From the NCBI GenBank assembly GCA_964187785.1, contig OZ076409.1, forward strand, positions 54,376,001 through 54,440,000: 64,000 bases of DNA. The letters run 5' to 3'. A program made the translations under genes and the position numbers. Positions 25,391 to 36,499 of this stretch are shown in pieces. Each line of letters begins with the position of its first letter. Within the stretch, counting starts at the first letter, position 1. The stretch comes from Amphiscolops sp. MND2022 (lineage: Eukaryota). The notes under the pieces are model-generated. The model worked only from the letters and a program-made list of their open reading frames with translations, was not told the origin of the DNA and ran no database searches.

Positions 25391-28300
25391 ATGTCTGACC
25401 CCGTTAACGAAAAGGTGCAAAAGTTGTATGACAGTCGCGCGAAAGCCGAAGCCGACTTGAACAGATATCAAAAGGACGTGACAGAAGCAGTAAACAATGC
25501 CGACAGACGCGTCCGCGTCGAACGGTTGGTCACTTCTTGCGAAGAGGCTATGACAAAAGCTTTCGCTAAGAACGAACAGCTACTCGAGCTTGCCAAGAAA
25601 ACCAACGATCCGGCAACTGTCACAGCGGACTTAGAAAGTTGGTTGAACGTCACGAGCATACAAAATGATGAAATTTTGAGAAGCGCAAGGGAATATATCG
25701 ACCAATGTCCCAAAACAGATAATTCTTCACAAACTTCAGTCAAAGCTGTCACCGTGAAGACCAAGTCCAGCAAAGCTTCAAGCAGCAAAGTTTCGAAAAC
25801 CTCAAGTCAGCGACAACGAGACTTGCTTATTGCCAAACACAAGCGAGAAGAAGTTGAACGGCAAAACGAAGCTGCTTTACGATTAGCTAAGCAAAAACAA
25901 GAGCTCGAGCTTGAACAACTGCAAGAAGAGAACCGCAAACGACTTGCCGAAGCGCATCTAGTTGAACTTGAACTTCAGGAAGACCCATCGGAAGCTAACG
26001 AAGATGCTCATGAGATTCTTTCGCGGTTGAGCAGAACAACAGATGCTAGCGAAACGCGCCGAGTTAGTGACTGGGTTAGCAACTCGCCAATCGTTACCAC
26101 GACTCAACATGAGACAGTAACAGCAGTGACTGCAAGTCTAGCGACTTCTGTCGCAAATACTACCGTTTCCATCCCATCTCACCCACCTCCGGTTAATGTC
26201 TCTCAGCCGACTTCCGCACCAGGTGATCACAACGAAACAAACGTGGCAGTACAACTACCAACAACTACCGTTCCATCAATGAGTTTAAATCACACTCCTG
26301 CGGTACAAACTCAGACTCCTCCATTTACAGCGCAAAACTTGGGGAATATCGGACCTTCAACATCAGCTGTCATAGTACAACAACAAGTTCAACCGACAAT
26401 CATCCCGACCCAAACTGGAAGTTTCAATGCGCAAGTTTTACCGCCACAAACGACAGCACGGATGCCCACGTTCACAATGCCGGTGAATCACATCCTCCCA
26501 AACTTGTCCGCATGGACCTTCCCGAACCCGACCGTTACCACCGCACCAATTGTAACAACAATTCCGCCCCCGACACAGCCGACGGCACCTACTTTCATGC
26601 CGCTCGCTCACGCGCCAACCTATGCCGCTCCGACCGTACCCGTTACCGCTGGTGGAACTGTTTATTATGTACCACCAGCAACCGTTACAACGCCAATTGT
26701 GTACAGTGCAGTAGCACAACCTACGACTTCTCTTAGTCCGACAGCCGCTACATTTGTGCCAGCCGGAACGTCGACGACTATGCAACCAAGCACAACCGGA
26801 TTCACGTTACAAGATCTTGCCTTGTTGTTAGCTTCAACGAAGAAAGACCATTTGCCGGAGTGGAAACTAGCCCAATACAACGGCGACCCGATTCAATGGC
26901 ATGAATGGTTCGGCCAGTTCCAAAGTGCCATAGACTCAGCTCCACTCACCGATGACGTCAAGTTAACATACCTCAAGACTCTTGTAACAGGCAAAGCAAA
27001 GACTGCAATTGCTGAATTTGCTTACTGCGGAGCAATGTATAGAGATGCCCTAAAGACACTAGAACGAAAGTTTGGACAGCCGCAGGCTGTAGTAACTGCT
27101 TATCTGGATAAGTTGGCAAACTTTCCACCTGTGAAGATGCACAACAGTGAGAGCATCATCAGTTATTCAGCAATCATCTGTTCTCTAGTTGGGGTCTTCC
27201 GCTCTCTAAACTACGTCCAAGACCTGGCGAGCACATCATTGCTTGGACAAGCCGTACAAAAGCTTCCGCCAAACATGAAAGAAGCATGGTCATTGCACAC
27301 AGTGAGGCGAACTTTGGACAGACCGACACTCATTGATTTCAATGACTGGCTCAAAGACAAAGCAGAAGCGCATGAGCGTATGAAATCTCTGCCCAACAAA
27401 GCGAAACCTGAAGAAAGTAGCAACGTGACTGTAACTAAGACCAAGACTGCTTCTAAGGTTTTCGCCGCGACGACTTCTAGTCAACAAAGTGCCAGCGCTA
27501 AAGTTAAGAGTGACAAACCGCCTAACACTTGTGCCGCTTGTAAGGAAAAACATCCTTTGTGGAGGTGTCCAGCATTTAGAGCGAAAACACCCACAGAAAG
27601 AGCAAAACTTGTAGCTGACAATAAGCTTTGCTTTTCATGCTTCAACCAGAACCACACGTTTCGCCAGTGCCCGCAACCCCGCAAGTGTACGAAAGATGGA
27701 TGCGGGAGTTCACACAACACTTTCTTGCACGGAGCCGACAGAATTTTTGCCAAGAAAGCCACTTATGTGAACAAAGACAAAACTGAAACATCTGGTTGTA
27801 TTGGAACGTCAATGAGCAACGAAAGATCGGACGAGAGCTCAGGCATGCCTTCCGTTGCCGATGTCAAAGGCCTCTTACAAGTAACGGAAGTTGAACTTCT
27901 TGCGAACGGCAGAAGTGAAAAAGTCTTGGCACTGTGTGACTCCGCCTGCAGCCATTCCTGGATCTCAGCAAATCTGGCAACGAAGTTGAACGTTCATGGC
28001 ACCCCGACCAAGCTTACTGTCCATGGCATAAATTCCAACCAAGTCGTAGACACGCAACTGGTGGAGCTTAAGTTGACACCCGTTCATTCGGGTGGCTCTT
28101 GCTCTCCCTTTGTTGTTAAACCGTACGTCAGGGAAGACCTCAAAGTCGGAACTGACACCATCGACGTCGAACTTTTGAAAACCAAGTACCCCCATTTGCA
28201 ACCAATCTCTTTGAAAAAGTACAGCTACGCTGATGTTGAAATGATCCTAGGTCAGGATGTTTTCCACTCGATCCGCCCGCTGGAGTATTTCGATTCCGAC

Positions 28301-31300
28301 CGCAAAAATGCTCCAGTTGCCGTTCGCTTACCGTTGGGTTGGGTTTTGAGTGGACCGCTCCCCTCGTCCTCAGGTCTCTATTCAACTTGTTTTAAAGCAG
28401 TCGCTTGTAACAAAGAATTGGACTCCGAACTTGCCGACCAACTCCGAAGCTGGTACGATATTGAATCGTATGGAGCGTACAAACAAGTAGATTCGCGTTC
28501 CGCTGCCGACGCGAGAGCGCTGAAAATACTTGAAGAAACAACTTACCACGATGGTAACCGATACCATGTGGGAATGTTGTGGACCGAAGCCGACAGTAGT
28601 TTGCCGAATAACTACTTTTCCGCGCTCGTGCAGCTAAAATCATTGGAACGTCGCCTCGACAAAGACCCTGAATTGAAACAACTTTATGCCAAAACAATTC
28701 ACGACGACTTCAACAAAGGGTACATCACCAAAGTTGACAAAAGCGACTGTTTCAAATTAGACCAACCCCGCGAGTGGTACCTGCCACACCATCCTGTAGT
28801 GCACCCGCACAAACCTGGCAAAGTTCGCAGAGTATTGAATGGCGCAGCAAGGTTCCAGGGCCAATCTTTGAACAACGCCTTGTTAACCGGACCGGACTTG
28901 CTACAAAGTTTGATACACATACTGATCCGCTTTCGTCAACACAAGTACGCCGTCTCTGCCGATATCGAAGGTATGTTTCTTCAAGTTGGAGTCATACCAA
29001 AAGATCAACCTTCACTTCGTTTTCTGTGGCGGGAAGACCCAGCTGCAGAAATCGCTGTGTATCAGTACGTCCGGCACATCTTCGGGTCGAAGGACTCACC
29101 AACATGTGCGAACTACGCACTGAAGCGTACTGGTAGCGATAACCAAGACACTTTCCCTGAAGCAGCAAAAAGCGTTCATCGCAGTTTTTACATGGACGAC
29201 TACTTGGAGTCAAGCCCTACTGTCGAAGAGGCCAGTAACAAAGCAAAGGACTTGGTCACACTGCTTGCAAAAGGTGGCTTCAATCTAACCAAGTTTGTCT
29301 CCAACATTACCCACCTTCCAGCCGAACTGCAACAAAGCGGTGAACTAACACCAACTGATGGGAAGGTGATTCCGAAACCAGACGAGTCCTCACATGTCTT
29401 GGGACTTAAATGGAATCATGCCTGTGATACCCTCGTAGTAAGTCGGGGAACGAGCCCCGCTACGAACGAGAAACTTACTCAACGAGTGGTGCTGAGCGTA
29501 GTTTCAGCTGTCTACGATCCCATTGGACTCGTTGCTCCGTTTACCGTCCAAGCAAGACTGTTGTTGAAAGACATCTGGAGATTAAGTGGTCAACAGTGGG
29601 ATGACGATCTGCCAGACGAAATCGTAACAAAGTTCAACGAATGGAGCAAGGAGCTGCCAACTTTGAGCGAAATTCAAATCCCACGGAGTTATTTCGAAGA
29701 GCGAGTCGAAACCTTGGAGCTTCATATGTTCGGTGACAGCTCTCAAGATGTCTTCAGCGCCGTCGCCTTTCTACGAGGAAAAGTTGCCACCGCGACTGGT
29801 TACACCACAGAGTTAGCCTTCGTCTTCGGGAAAGCCAGAGTGGCACCCATGAAGGCCCTTACAATCCCGAAGCTCGAACTGCAAGCATCGTTGCTTGCCG
29901 CACGACTCCGAAAGGAAATCGAAAATGCTCTAACGGTCACAGTTGACAACACTTTCATGTGGACGGACAGTACGACGGTCCTTCAGTGGCTCCATTCATT
30001 AGAGAAGCAACCAGTGTTTGTCACTAACCGTGTTGCCGAAATCCTGGAATTAACAACGGTGGATGAATGGAATTATGTCAAATCAAGTGACAACCCCGCT
30101 GATGCAGGAACGCGTGGTCTTTCAGCCAACTCACTTCGTGACAGTCCCTGGCTCAAAGGTCCTTCATTCTTGCGGACACACGACTGGCCGTTCGAACCAC
30201 CAAAAGACGTTGAGATCAGATTGAAAGCGAAAAAGTCGGATCTTCCCAGTTCCGATCAAGAAACTTCGGAATTTTTGACTGCTTTAAGTGCAACTGTGAT
30301 CGGCATCGCGACAACTTTCGAGTGGCAGAAGTACAGCTCGTACGAGAAACTTCTGCGCGTTGTTGCTTACATCTTGCGCCTACTGCCAAAAAACGAAGGT
30401 TACCGATCCGACTCTGGCTTAGTAACTGACCCGAATGAAATGCGAAATGCTGAAATGAGACTTTTCTATCTCATCCAACAAGAGTCATTTCCCGTCGAAC
30501 TGAAGTGCTTGCTGAAACAATCCCCCGTCAGCAACTCTTCCAAACTCTCCCAATTCTCTCCTTTCATTGGGCCTCGAGGCCTACTGCGAGCAACCGGTCG
30601 GACCAAACAACTAACAGTTTCCAACTTCGACGCAAAACACCCTATTTTACTGGACAGCCGTCACCCCGCCGTACGCTTGTACTTAGAGCAGCTCCATGAA
30701 ACGCATTGCCATCAGGGTGTCGACTACATGAGGGCGTTGGTGCAGCAACAGTTCGCCATCGTCAAGCTTAGAACCGCCCTGAGGTCAATTGTCTCCAAAT
30801 GTGTCACTTGCCGCAAACGTCGAGCGGAAACTCTTAACCCGATAATGTCCGACCTTCCTCGGGAAAGACTGGCATTCAAAGAGCGTCCATTCACGAACAC
30901 CGGGATTGACTATTTTGGTCCGTTTTACGTAGCTGTGAAGAGATCAACTGAAAAACGATGGGGATTCCTATTCACTTGCTTAACAACCAGAGCTGTCCAC
31001 TTTGAAGTTGTTCCGTCAATGGACACTAGTAGCTGTGTTATGGGGATCGAAAGATTTGCCGCCCGTCGGGGCGTCCCATCTGTTTTGTGGTCCGACAACG
31101 GAACCAATTTTATCGCCAGTGAAAAGGAGTTGCTACAAAACGTGTCAGCGTGGAATCAACAGACTCTGTCAGAAGCTTTGGTCAAAAAACGGATCCACTG
31201 GAAGTTCAATCCCCCCAGTGCTCCTCACCACGGAGGTGTCTGGGAACGAATTGTCAGGAGCTTCAAACACGTTTTTTATGCAATTCTTGGAAACCGTCGC

Positions 31301-31798
31301 CTAACGGACGAGATACTAACAACTACCTTTTGTCTGGTAGAGCAGAGTCTCAATTCCCGTCCACTAGTACCCGTTAGCGCCGACGCTACGGATTTGGACG
31401 CGTTGACACCAAACCACTTCCTGTTGGGAACCGCGGGTTCCACAATGCCATCTCACCAAAGAGCCGACGTCGACCACAAAAAACGCTACGCACGTGCGCA
31501 AGCGTACTCAGATGCAATTTGGGACCGTTGGTTAAGAGATTACGTTCCGTCGCTTAACCGCCGTTCAAAGTGGTCAACCCAACCAGATCGAGATCTCAAG
31601 ACCGGAGACCTTGTCTGGATTGTGGAGCCTACGAGTCCACGAGGACATTACCCACTTGCACGTGTGGTTAAACTCAACTACGGTACCGACGCTGTCGCTC
31701 GTTCTGCGGAACTGAAAACCGCAACAGGAAACCTTGTTCGACCCGTTGTCAAACTCGCACCCGTTTTCCCGTCCCCCGATTCTCCCAACCTTACTTAA
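25391..31798 (+). CDS. gag-pol: BEL/Pao Gag-Pol polyprotein (gag with 3 Zn knuckles, aspartic protease, RT, RNase H, integrase)
   Basis: LPEWKLAQYNGDPIQWHEW gag motif; CxxC knuckles; CDSACSHSWI protease; WYLPHHPV, ADIEGMFLQ and YMDD RT motifs; KARVAP/TIPKLEL RNase H region; GIDYFGP, SDNGTNF and GGVWER integrase motifs. Confidence 0.97.
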   Translation: MSDPVNEKVQKLYDSRAKAEADLNRYQKDVTEAVNNADRRVRVERLVTSCEEAMTKAFAKNEQLLELAKKTNDPATVTADLESWLNVTSIQNDEILRSAREYIDQCPKTDNSSQTSVKAVTVKTKSSKASSSKVSKTSSQRQRDLLIAKHKREEVERQNEAALRLAKQKQELELEQLQEENRKRLAEAHLVELELQEDPSEANEDAHEILSRLSRTTDASETRRVSDWVSNSPIVTTTQHETVTAVTASLATSVANTTVSIPSHPPPVNVSQPTSAPGDHNETNVAVQLPTTTVPSMSLNHTPAVQTQTPPFTAQNLGNIGPSTSAVIVQQQVQPTIIPTQTGSFNAQVLPPQTTARMPTFTMPVNHILPNLSAWTFPNPTVTTAPIVTTIPPPTQPTAPTFMPLAHAPTYAAPTVPVTAGGTVYYVPPATVTTPIVYSAVAQPTTSLSPTAATFVPAGTSTTMQPSTTGFTLQDLALLLASTKKDHLPEWKLAQYNGDPIQWHEWFGQFQSAIDSAPLTDDVKLTYLKTLVTGKAKTAIAEFAYCGAMYRDALKTLERKFGQPQAVVTAYLDKLANFPPVKMHNSESIISYSAIICSLVGVFRSLNYVQDLASTSLLGQAVQKLPPNMKEAWSLHTVRRTLDRPTLIDFNDWLKDKAEAHERMKSLPNKAKPEESSNVTVTKTKTASKVFAATTSSQQSASAKVKSDKPPNTCAACKEKHPLWRCPAFRAKTPTERAKLVADNKLCFSCFNQNHTFRQCPQPRKCTKDGCGSSHNTFLHGADRIFAKKATYVNKDKTETSGCIGTSMSNERSDESSGMPSVADVKGLLQVTEVELLANGRSEKVLALCDSACSHSWISANLATKLNVHGTPTKLTVHGINSNQVVDTQLVELKLTPVHSGGSCSPFVVKPYVREDLKVGTDTIDVELLKTKYPHLQPISLKKYSYADVEMILGQDVFHSIRPLEYFDSDRKNAPVAVRLPLGWVLSGPLPSSSGLYSTCFKAVACNKELDSELADQLRSWYDIESYGAYKQVDSRSAADARALKILEETTYHDGNRYHVGMLWTEADSSLPNNYFSALVQLKSLERRLDKDPELKQLYAKTIHDDFNKGYITKVDKSDCFKLDQPREWYLPHHPVVHPHKPGKVRRVLNGAARFQGQSLNNALLTGPDLLQSLIHILIRFRQHKYAVSADIEGMFLQVGVIPKDQPSLRFLWREDPAAEIAVYQYVRHIFGSKDSPTCANYALKRTGSDNQDTFPEAAKSVHRSFYMDDYLESSPTVEEASNKAKDLVTLLAKGGFNLTKFVSNITHLPAELQQSGELTPTDGKVIPKPDESSHVLGLKWNHACDTLVVSRGTSPATNEKLTQRVVLSVVSAVYDPIGLVAPFTVQARLLLKDIWRLSGQQWDDDLPDEIVTKFNEWSKELPTLSEIQIPRSYFEERVETLELHMFGDSSQDVFSAVAFLRGKVATATGYTTELAFVFGKARVAPMKALTIPKLELQASLLAARLRKEIENALTVTVDNTFMWTDSTTVLQWLHSLEKQPVFVTNRVAEILELTTVDEWNYVKSSDNPADAGTRGLSANSLRDSPWLKGPSFLRTHDWPFEPPKDVEIRLKAKKSDLPSSDQETSEFLTALSATVIGIATTFEWQKYSSYEKLLRVVAYILRLLPKNEGYRSDSGLVTDPNEMRNAEMRLFYLIQQESFPVELKCLLKQSPVSNSSKLSQFSPFIGPRGLLRATGRTKQLTVSNFDAKHPILLDSRHPAVRLYLEQLHETHCHQGVDYMRALVQQQFAIVKLRTALRSIVSKCVTCRKRRAETLNPIMSDLPRERLAFKERPFTNTGIDYFGPFYVAVKRSTEKRWGFLFTCLTTRAVHFEVVPSMDTSSCVMGIERFAARRGVPSVLWSDNGTNFIASEKELLQNVSAWNQQTLSEALVKKRIHWKFNPPSAPHHGGVWERIVRSFKHVFYAILGNRRLTDEILTTTFCLVEQSLNSRPLVPVSADATDLDALTPNHFLLGTAGSTMPSHQRADVDHKKRYARAQAYSDAIWDRWLRDYVPSLNRRSKWSTQPDRDLKTGDLVWIVEPTSPRGHYPLARVVKLNYGTDAVARSAELKTATGNLVRPVVKLAPVFPSPDSPNLT

Positions 31799-31953
31799 TC
31801 TGTAATAATTCTCCGTTTTTGTTCTCACTTGTAATCGTACCTAATTTGAATAAAATGTAACATGTACATCATCGAAAATCCATGTAAACCGTTTTTCGAA
31901 AAAAAAAAAAGTTTCCTTCTCAATTCCAATGTTTCTTGCATTCACATCTTCTT

Positions 31954-31965
31954 GGGCCCGGAGGA
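31954..31965 (+). promoter_or_regulatory. Polypurine-tract-like primer GGGCCCGGAGGA
   Basis: Abuts the 3' LTR; the 25-mer ttcacatcttcttgggcccggagga is identical in both elements. Confidence 0.8.
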
Positions 31966-32302
31966 TGTTGTGTACACAATGTGATTAGATTAAAATAAAC
32001 CAATAACAAGGCGCTTTGGCACAATAGCTTAGTGCGTTCGGTTTCCATTCCAAAGGTCTAGAGTTCGATTCCCGAAACCGTCAAATATTTGATACTTCTG
32101 AAAATACTAAAATATATTTTTCGAAAATATTCAATCAATTTGCTATCTCGAAACTTTAATGTTTGCTGTTATTTGTAAACAATAATTTGTTCTTTTTTCT
32201 GTTGTCTGAATTTATTCACTGTGACCATTGTGAATGATAACATTGCTTTCAATAAAACTTTGCAAAACGGACTGTATTCACCCGAAGGCTTACAGTTTTA
32301 CA
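31966..32302 (+). repeat. 3' LTR of element 1
   Basis: Direct repeat of 23222-23558, followed by TSD ATCAC. Confidence 0.97.
32010..32083 (+). ncRNA. tRNA-like cassette in the 3' LTR of element 1
   Basis: Same sequence as 23266-23339. Confidence 0.7.
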
Positions 32303-33579
32303 ATCACTGAATAGAAGTAACCTTTACAGTGAAAAATGAGCCTTAGCTCAGTAACTCAAATATTGATGCAGTTTTGCCAAAGAAATTAAAATTTTGAACG
32401 TTTTTCGTCCTATTAGACTTCAATTTTAAAAGGACGTAAAAAGGAAGCTCGAAACAAATTGTTTTTTTTCTCTGTGATAAAGTTGAAGCTTGGTGAAGAA
32501 TTTGAGTTTTCAAACTTTTGGTGAACAAAAGTTTTCAATAACGATTTTTTCGTCATTATGCAAAACGTTCCGGTTATATACGCTTGAATAAAGCTGATTT
32601 TTAGTTTGCGTAAATTTGAACTCAATTTATTGGAAATCTAAATTCAGGAGATGAAAAACGTTTCATCAGCAAACAAATAGTCACATCATCAATGCAATCA
32701 GTGGTATTGTTCGAACCACTATCGTTATTATTACTGGAAACTTGATTCACGCTTTCATGCGTGGTGAAATACAACATTATTTTCTGTGAATTTTGCTATA
32801 TTTAGTGTGATTCAGCGTGAAATTTGCGTTTTTTCAATTGCCCTCATGAATAATGCTTAGCATTAGAAGAAACCAGCAAAGTTCAGTAGACTCAATGTCG
32901 AATATAGAGATAGTTCATGTCCTTCTTTGCGTTTTTTTGCACTTCTTGTTCCTGTAATTAAAAATAATTTTAAGAAAATCATAATTTCGGAAATACGTGA
33001 TTATAACGTTATATCCGTGATTGGTGGACTAAAGGGGCGTTTTTTTCACAAAAGTTTCACTTTCGTTTTTCCGCGATTTTCTCAAATGCCTGCTACTTCG
33101 AAAGTTAGTTGTTTCAAATGTAGTTGATTTCAAGAAAAAAGAGAAAAGCGAGAAGAAAAACTCTTTTAGCTTGACTTGAAAAAGCTTTAATCCAATTCCA
33201 AAGAAGCTGAAGAGCTGTTTCCATAGAAATTTTGAACTCTCACAGTGCCGGAAAAAAGTTTTCGAAAAATCACACAAGGCCAAAAAACTCCAAAAGGGAC
33301 ACCCTTAGGGGTTGGAAAAAAACTTTTTTTTCTAGAAATATCAAAGAAATCAAATAATTTGTGTAATTTTGAAATTTTCGATAAAAAAAGTCTCACATAG
33401 CCGAAAAGGAACGTTCACAAGGTTTTGAAATCCGAATAAGCGTTTAAAAAGTGTGACAGATGCGCCATTCAGCCAAACATGGTTATAGCGTACCTCATCG
33501 GGCGGGAGACCGAACGATCGCTATAAAGAGTTTTACTTTATAAAGAGGTTAATTGTTTGCCGAAAGGAACCAGCCAAAT

Positions 33580-34110
33580 TAGGTATGGAAATAATCTCAG
33601 ATGACAGTTTGAGTCTTTCGAGCGGCGGCATTTGTCGAAATCGTGTCAAACCGTTTGTTGACATGTACATTGTCTTCCCCTTCATCTTGAAAGAAGCGAC
33701 GTAAGGTTGATACTGCGCCCAACGCATCGGCAATCGAAGGTGTCACCATTTCTGGCTCCTCGTCTTCGTTTTCCACTATATTTTTCCCAAACACCATATT
33801 TTCTTCGTCGTCTGGCGATTCTGTTCCGTTTTCAAATGTAGGATCCGCATCCTTAAGAACCACTGATAAAGCTGCTTGTCTATTTCAGGAAACGCGCTTT
33901 TTCGCATTCGGTTACAGCCGATTTCTCATAATTTTCAATTATTTTGTCCCTTTTTCCCCAGAATGGTATTTTAATGTTGATAGACCTCTGAGATTGAACT
34001 GTCTGAATATTGCAGATTTTGCGCCAAAGTTGTCTTTCATTGCCTCCTAGTCTTTGATGATTTGTACTTTTCTTCACTTTTTCGGCACACACGCTTGTTC
34101 TCCATTGCAT
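33580..34110 (-). pseudogene. Internally deleted pogo/Tigger-like transposase remnant
   Basis: Acidic stretch followed by SIADALGAVSTLRRFF and KTQTVI resembles Tigger-type C-termini; an upstream KRDKII fragment resembles the N-terminal HTH end; no DDE core seen. Confidence 0.45.
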
Positions 34111-34753
34111 GTCAAACCTCACTATTGTTTCTAAGAAAAGTCGAAAAAAGCTGGAAAAGTCCAAACGGCGTTACACCTGGCAAATTTTTCAATGTGTAAA
34201 ATTATACGTTAAGCCGTGTTTCAGACAGCGCTTTACGCTGAAAAAGCCGATTTTAGCTAGCAAATTTTCAGGCGTCAAAACTTCGCGTTCTTACGTGCAT
34301 CAAAATGCTTCTGGGGCCAAGTACTTCATCTGAAAGCACATAGCTCCTATAATCCAATGCAAAATTTTGACACCTACTAATTTTTTTTCGCAATTTCCAA
34401 ACTCTTTGCAATCATTTTTTCAAAAATTTGAAAAGCTGCTCTAGCCATGATTATTAAATAGGCGTTGGGTAAAAATTGGTTAAATGTATAATCCGCGGAT
34501 TGCTTTGCGAAAGGACGAACGCTTGTTATATTAGTGATGAAAGCGACCTGATTTCGTGACCCGACTGAAAAACTTCGTGTAACCGAAGAAGAACACGAAA
34601 TGAAGTCTGCAGAAAAGTGATTGTTTGAGAGAAGCGTTTTCCCGGGAACTCCCTATAGAACTGATAAAATTTTCCGAAAGACGTTCGCAGCTAAAACTGA
34701 GCGCTGTCAAGCCTTGGATTCTGAAAGAAAAGTCTAAAAAGTACTTCAACTAC

Positions 34754-35314
34754 AAACAAGCCGGGAACGGCCAAAGTCGGCACTATATCTGAGGTTTTGA
34801 AATTGTAAGATTTTGAAAATTTAAAATGGGGGACCCTTTGGGCTTTTTGAAACTCCCTTCTGTTGCAGAAATTAAGAAATTGAATGAGGGACCCTTTGGA
34901 GCATTAAAATAATTTTCGAATAAGATGAAAACTGAGAAATTTGAACGAACTCATATAGCCAAAAATTTTGGAAGGGGGAATTTGGGGCTTTTTAACATCC
35001 ATTCTGTTGCAAATTATCAAAACGTTCAAGGGGGACGGACCCTTTGGAGAAATCGAAAAAATTTCGAAAAAAGTATCACAAAGTCGAAAAATATGGGACG
35101 TCTCATAGTGTCGAAAAAAGTGCAAAGTGGTACCCTTCTGCTTTGGAATGGTTTTTATTTCACGTTAGAAGCTTTAGATGCGTTCAAAATGAAGTACTAA
35201 GTATTTATGGTAAAAGTGCATATTGCACAAAAAGTGGACTGATCGCGTTTAACTGACGAAAAAAACTAGCCACTATGAGAGTCGTGCTTTTTCTTCGAAC
35301 ACTCGGACTGAAAA
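34754..35314 (-). mobile_element. Helentron/HINE-like element, copy C (diverged)
   Basis: aaacaagccgggaacggccaaagtcggcactatatct at the left end; internal gggaccctttgg repeats as in the other copies. Confidence 0.6.
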
Positions 35315-36499
35315 CGTAATTCATCATTTCGTTTCGAGAAAAAACGTGTTTCCAGTTCAGAAGTGTTTCTTTGTCCAAAAGAAAAAAGTCATGTAGTTTT
35401 TGTCATATTACAGTAGTTGGAAAATTGACTAAGATTCTTGATTGTTCAAAATGTTTCCGACGCAAAAAAAAGCATTGATGGTAAGATTCCGAAAAACACA
35501 CAGAGTTTTAGGGAAAATTACATGAACGTTTCCTGTAAACGTACCTAGTTTACATCAGACTTTTTTTTAAAATGCTACAACCAAATGGGATCAAAAATGA
35601 CATAAGCGTTTACAAACTAAAACCGGCTTCAGTTTTATTTACGTTTAATTCTTTATCCAGATAATTTTCACCAACTTTCAGCTTCCTAATCAACGCAAAA
35701 CGAACAGAAAATCAAGATTATCGATAAAAATATTTACTTTAGGTTGAAAGAATTAAATTACATTTCCCCAATTGGTGCCTAGTCATACAGCCCAATTTAA
35801 AAACTTGATCTCAAAGTGCAGAAAATCAAAGTGCGGTCTTCTACAGCAGAAATATAAAATTAGGTTTCAAATAGCCAAAAATAATATATTGAACAGCTGA
35901 AAATTTATCACAAAACAAAACTACAAATTTATTGCATTATTGTTTACTTCAAATTATTAATTGCAAATCATTTTGATATCCGCAGCGTGAAAAAAATGAA
36001 ATAATCGGTTAACCATTTTTACACACAGTTTCTCAGTCGCCGTATTATTTATTCATTCCAAATTTCAACCCTAAATGACGGGATAACTAAATTTACAACA
36101 CTTCCATCGAAACTATGCTAAATTAAAGTGTCTAACAGTTGTTTCAGTTAGAAAGTTTGAAAAAGAAATTTTGCGAGCTGTTACGTTACGTAACAGTTCT
36201 ACGGAGCTTAAGGAATTTCGAATATCCTCTGTCGGGCTTGTACTAAAGTGGAAGATTGCGCCAAGTTTGAGCCTTCTGGCGGTACATAACCCAATACTTG
36301 ACCCAGTCTTTCAGTTTGAGAGATGTTTCGTTTTATTCCACAAAAATCAAAATTTGTTTCGAAAAGCCAAAATATCACTAATACATCTCCCCTACATAGT
36401 CATCCTATGTGTGTCTTTAATTCGATCGATTAATGGCTACTGAACAGTAGGAAAATGCAGCCCAGATTTCAAAATAGTTTCATTTGTCGGCCAAGAAGT

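Larger units (their letters stand above)
23222..32302 (+). mobile_element. Intact BEL/Pao LTR retrotransposon (element 1)
   Basis: TG...CA LTRs; 5-bp TSD ATCAC at 23217-23221 and 32303-32307; PBS; PPT; single gag-pol ORF with BEL/Pao motifs. Confidence 0.97.

Noticed and set aside
25468..31828. Antisense and alternate-frame ORFs within gag-pol
   Set aside because: Expected shadows of a long coding sequence; no independent evidence
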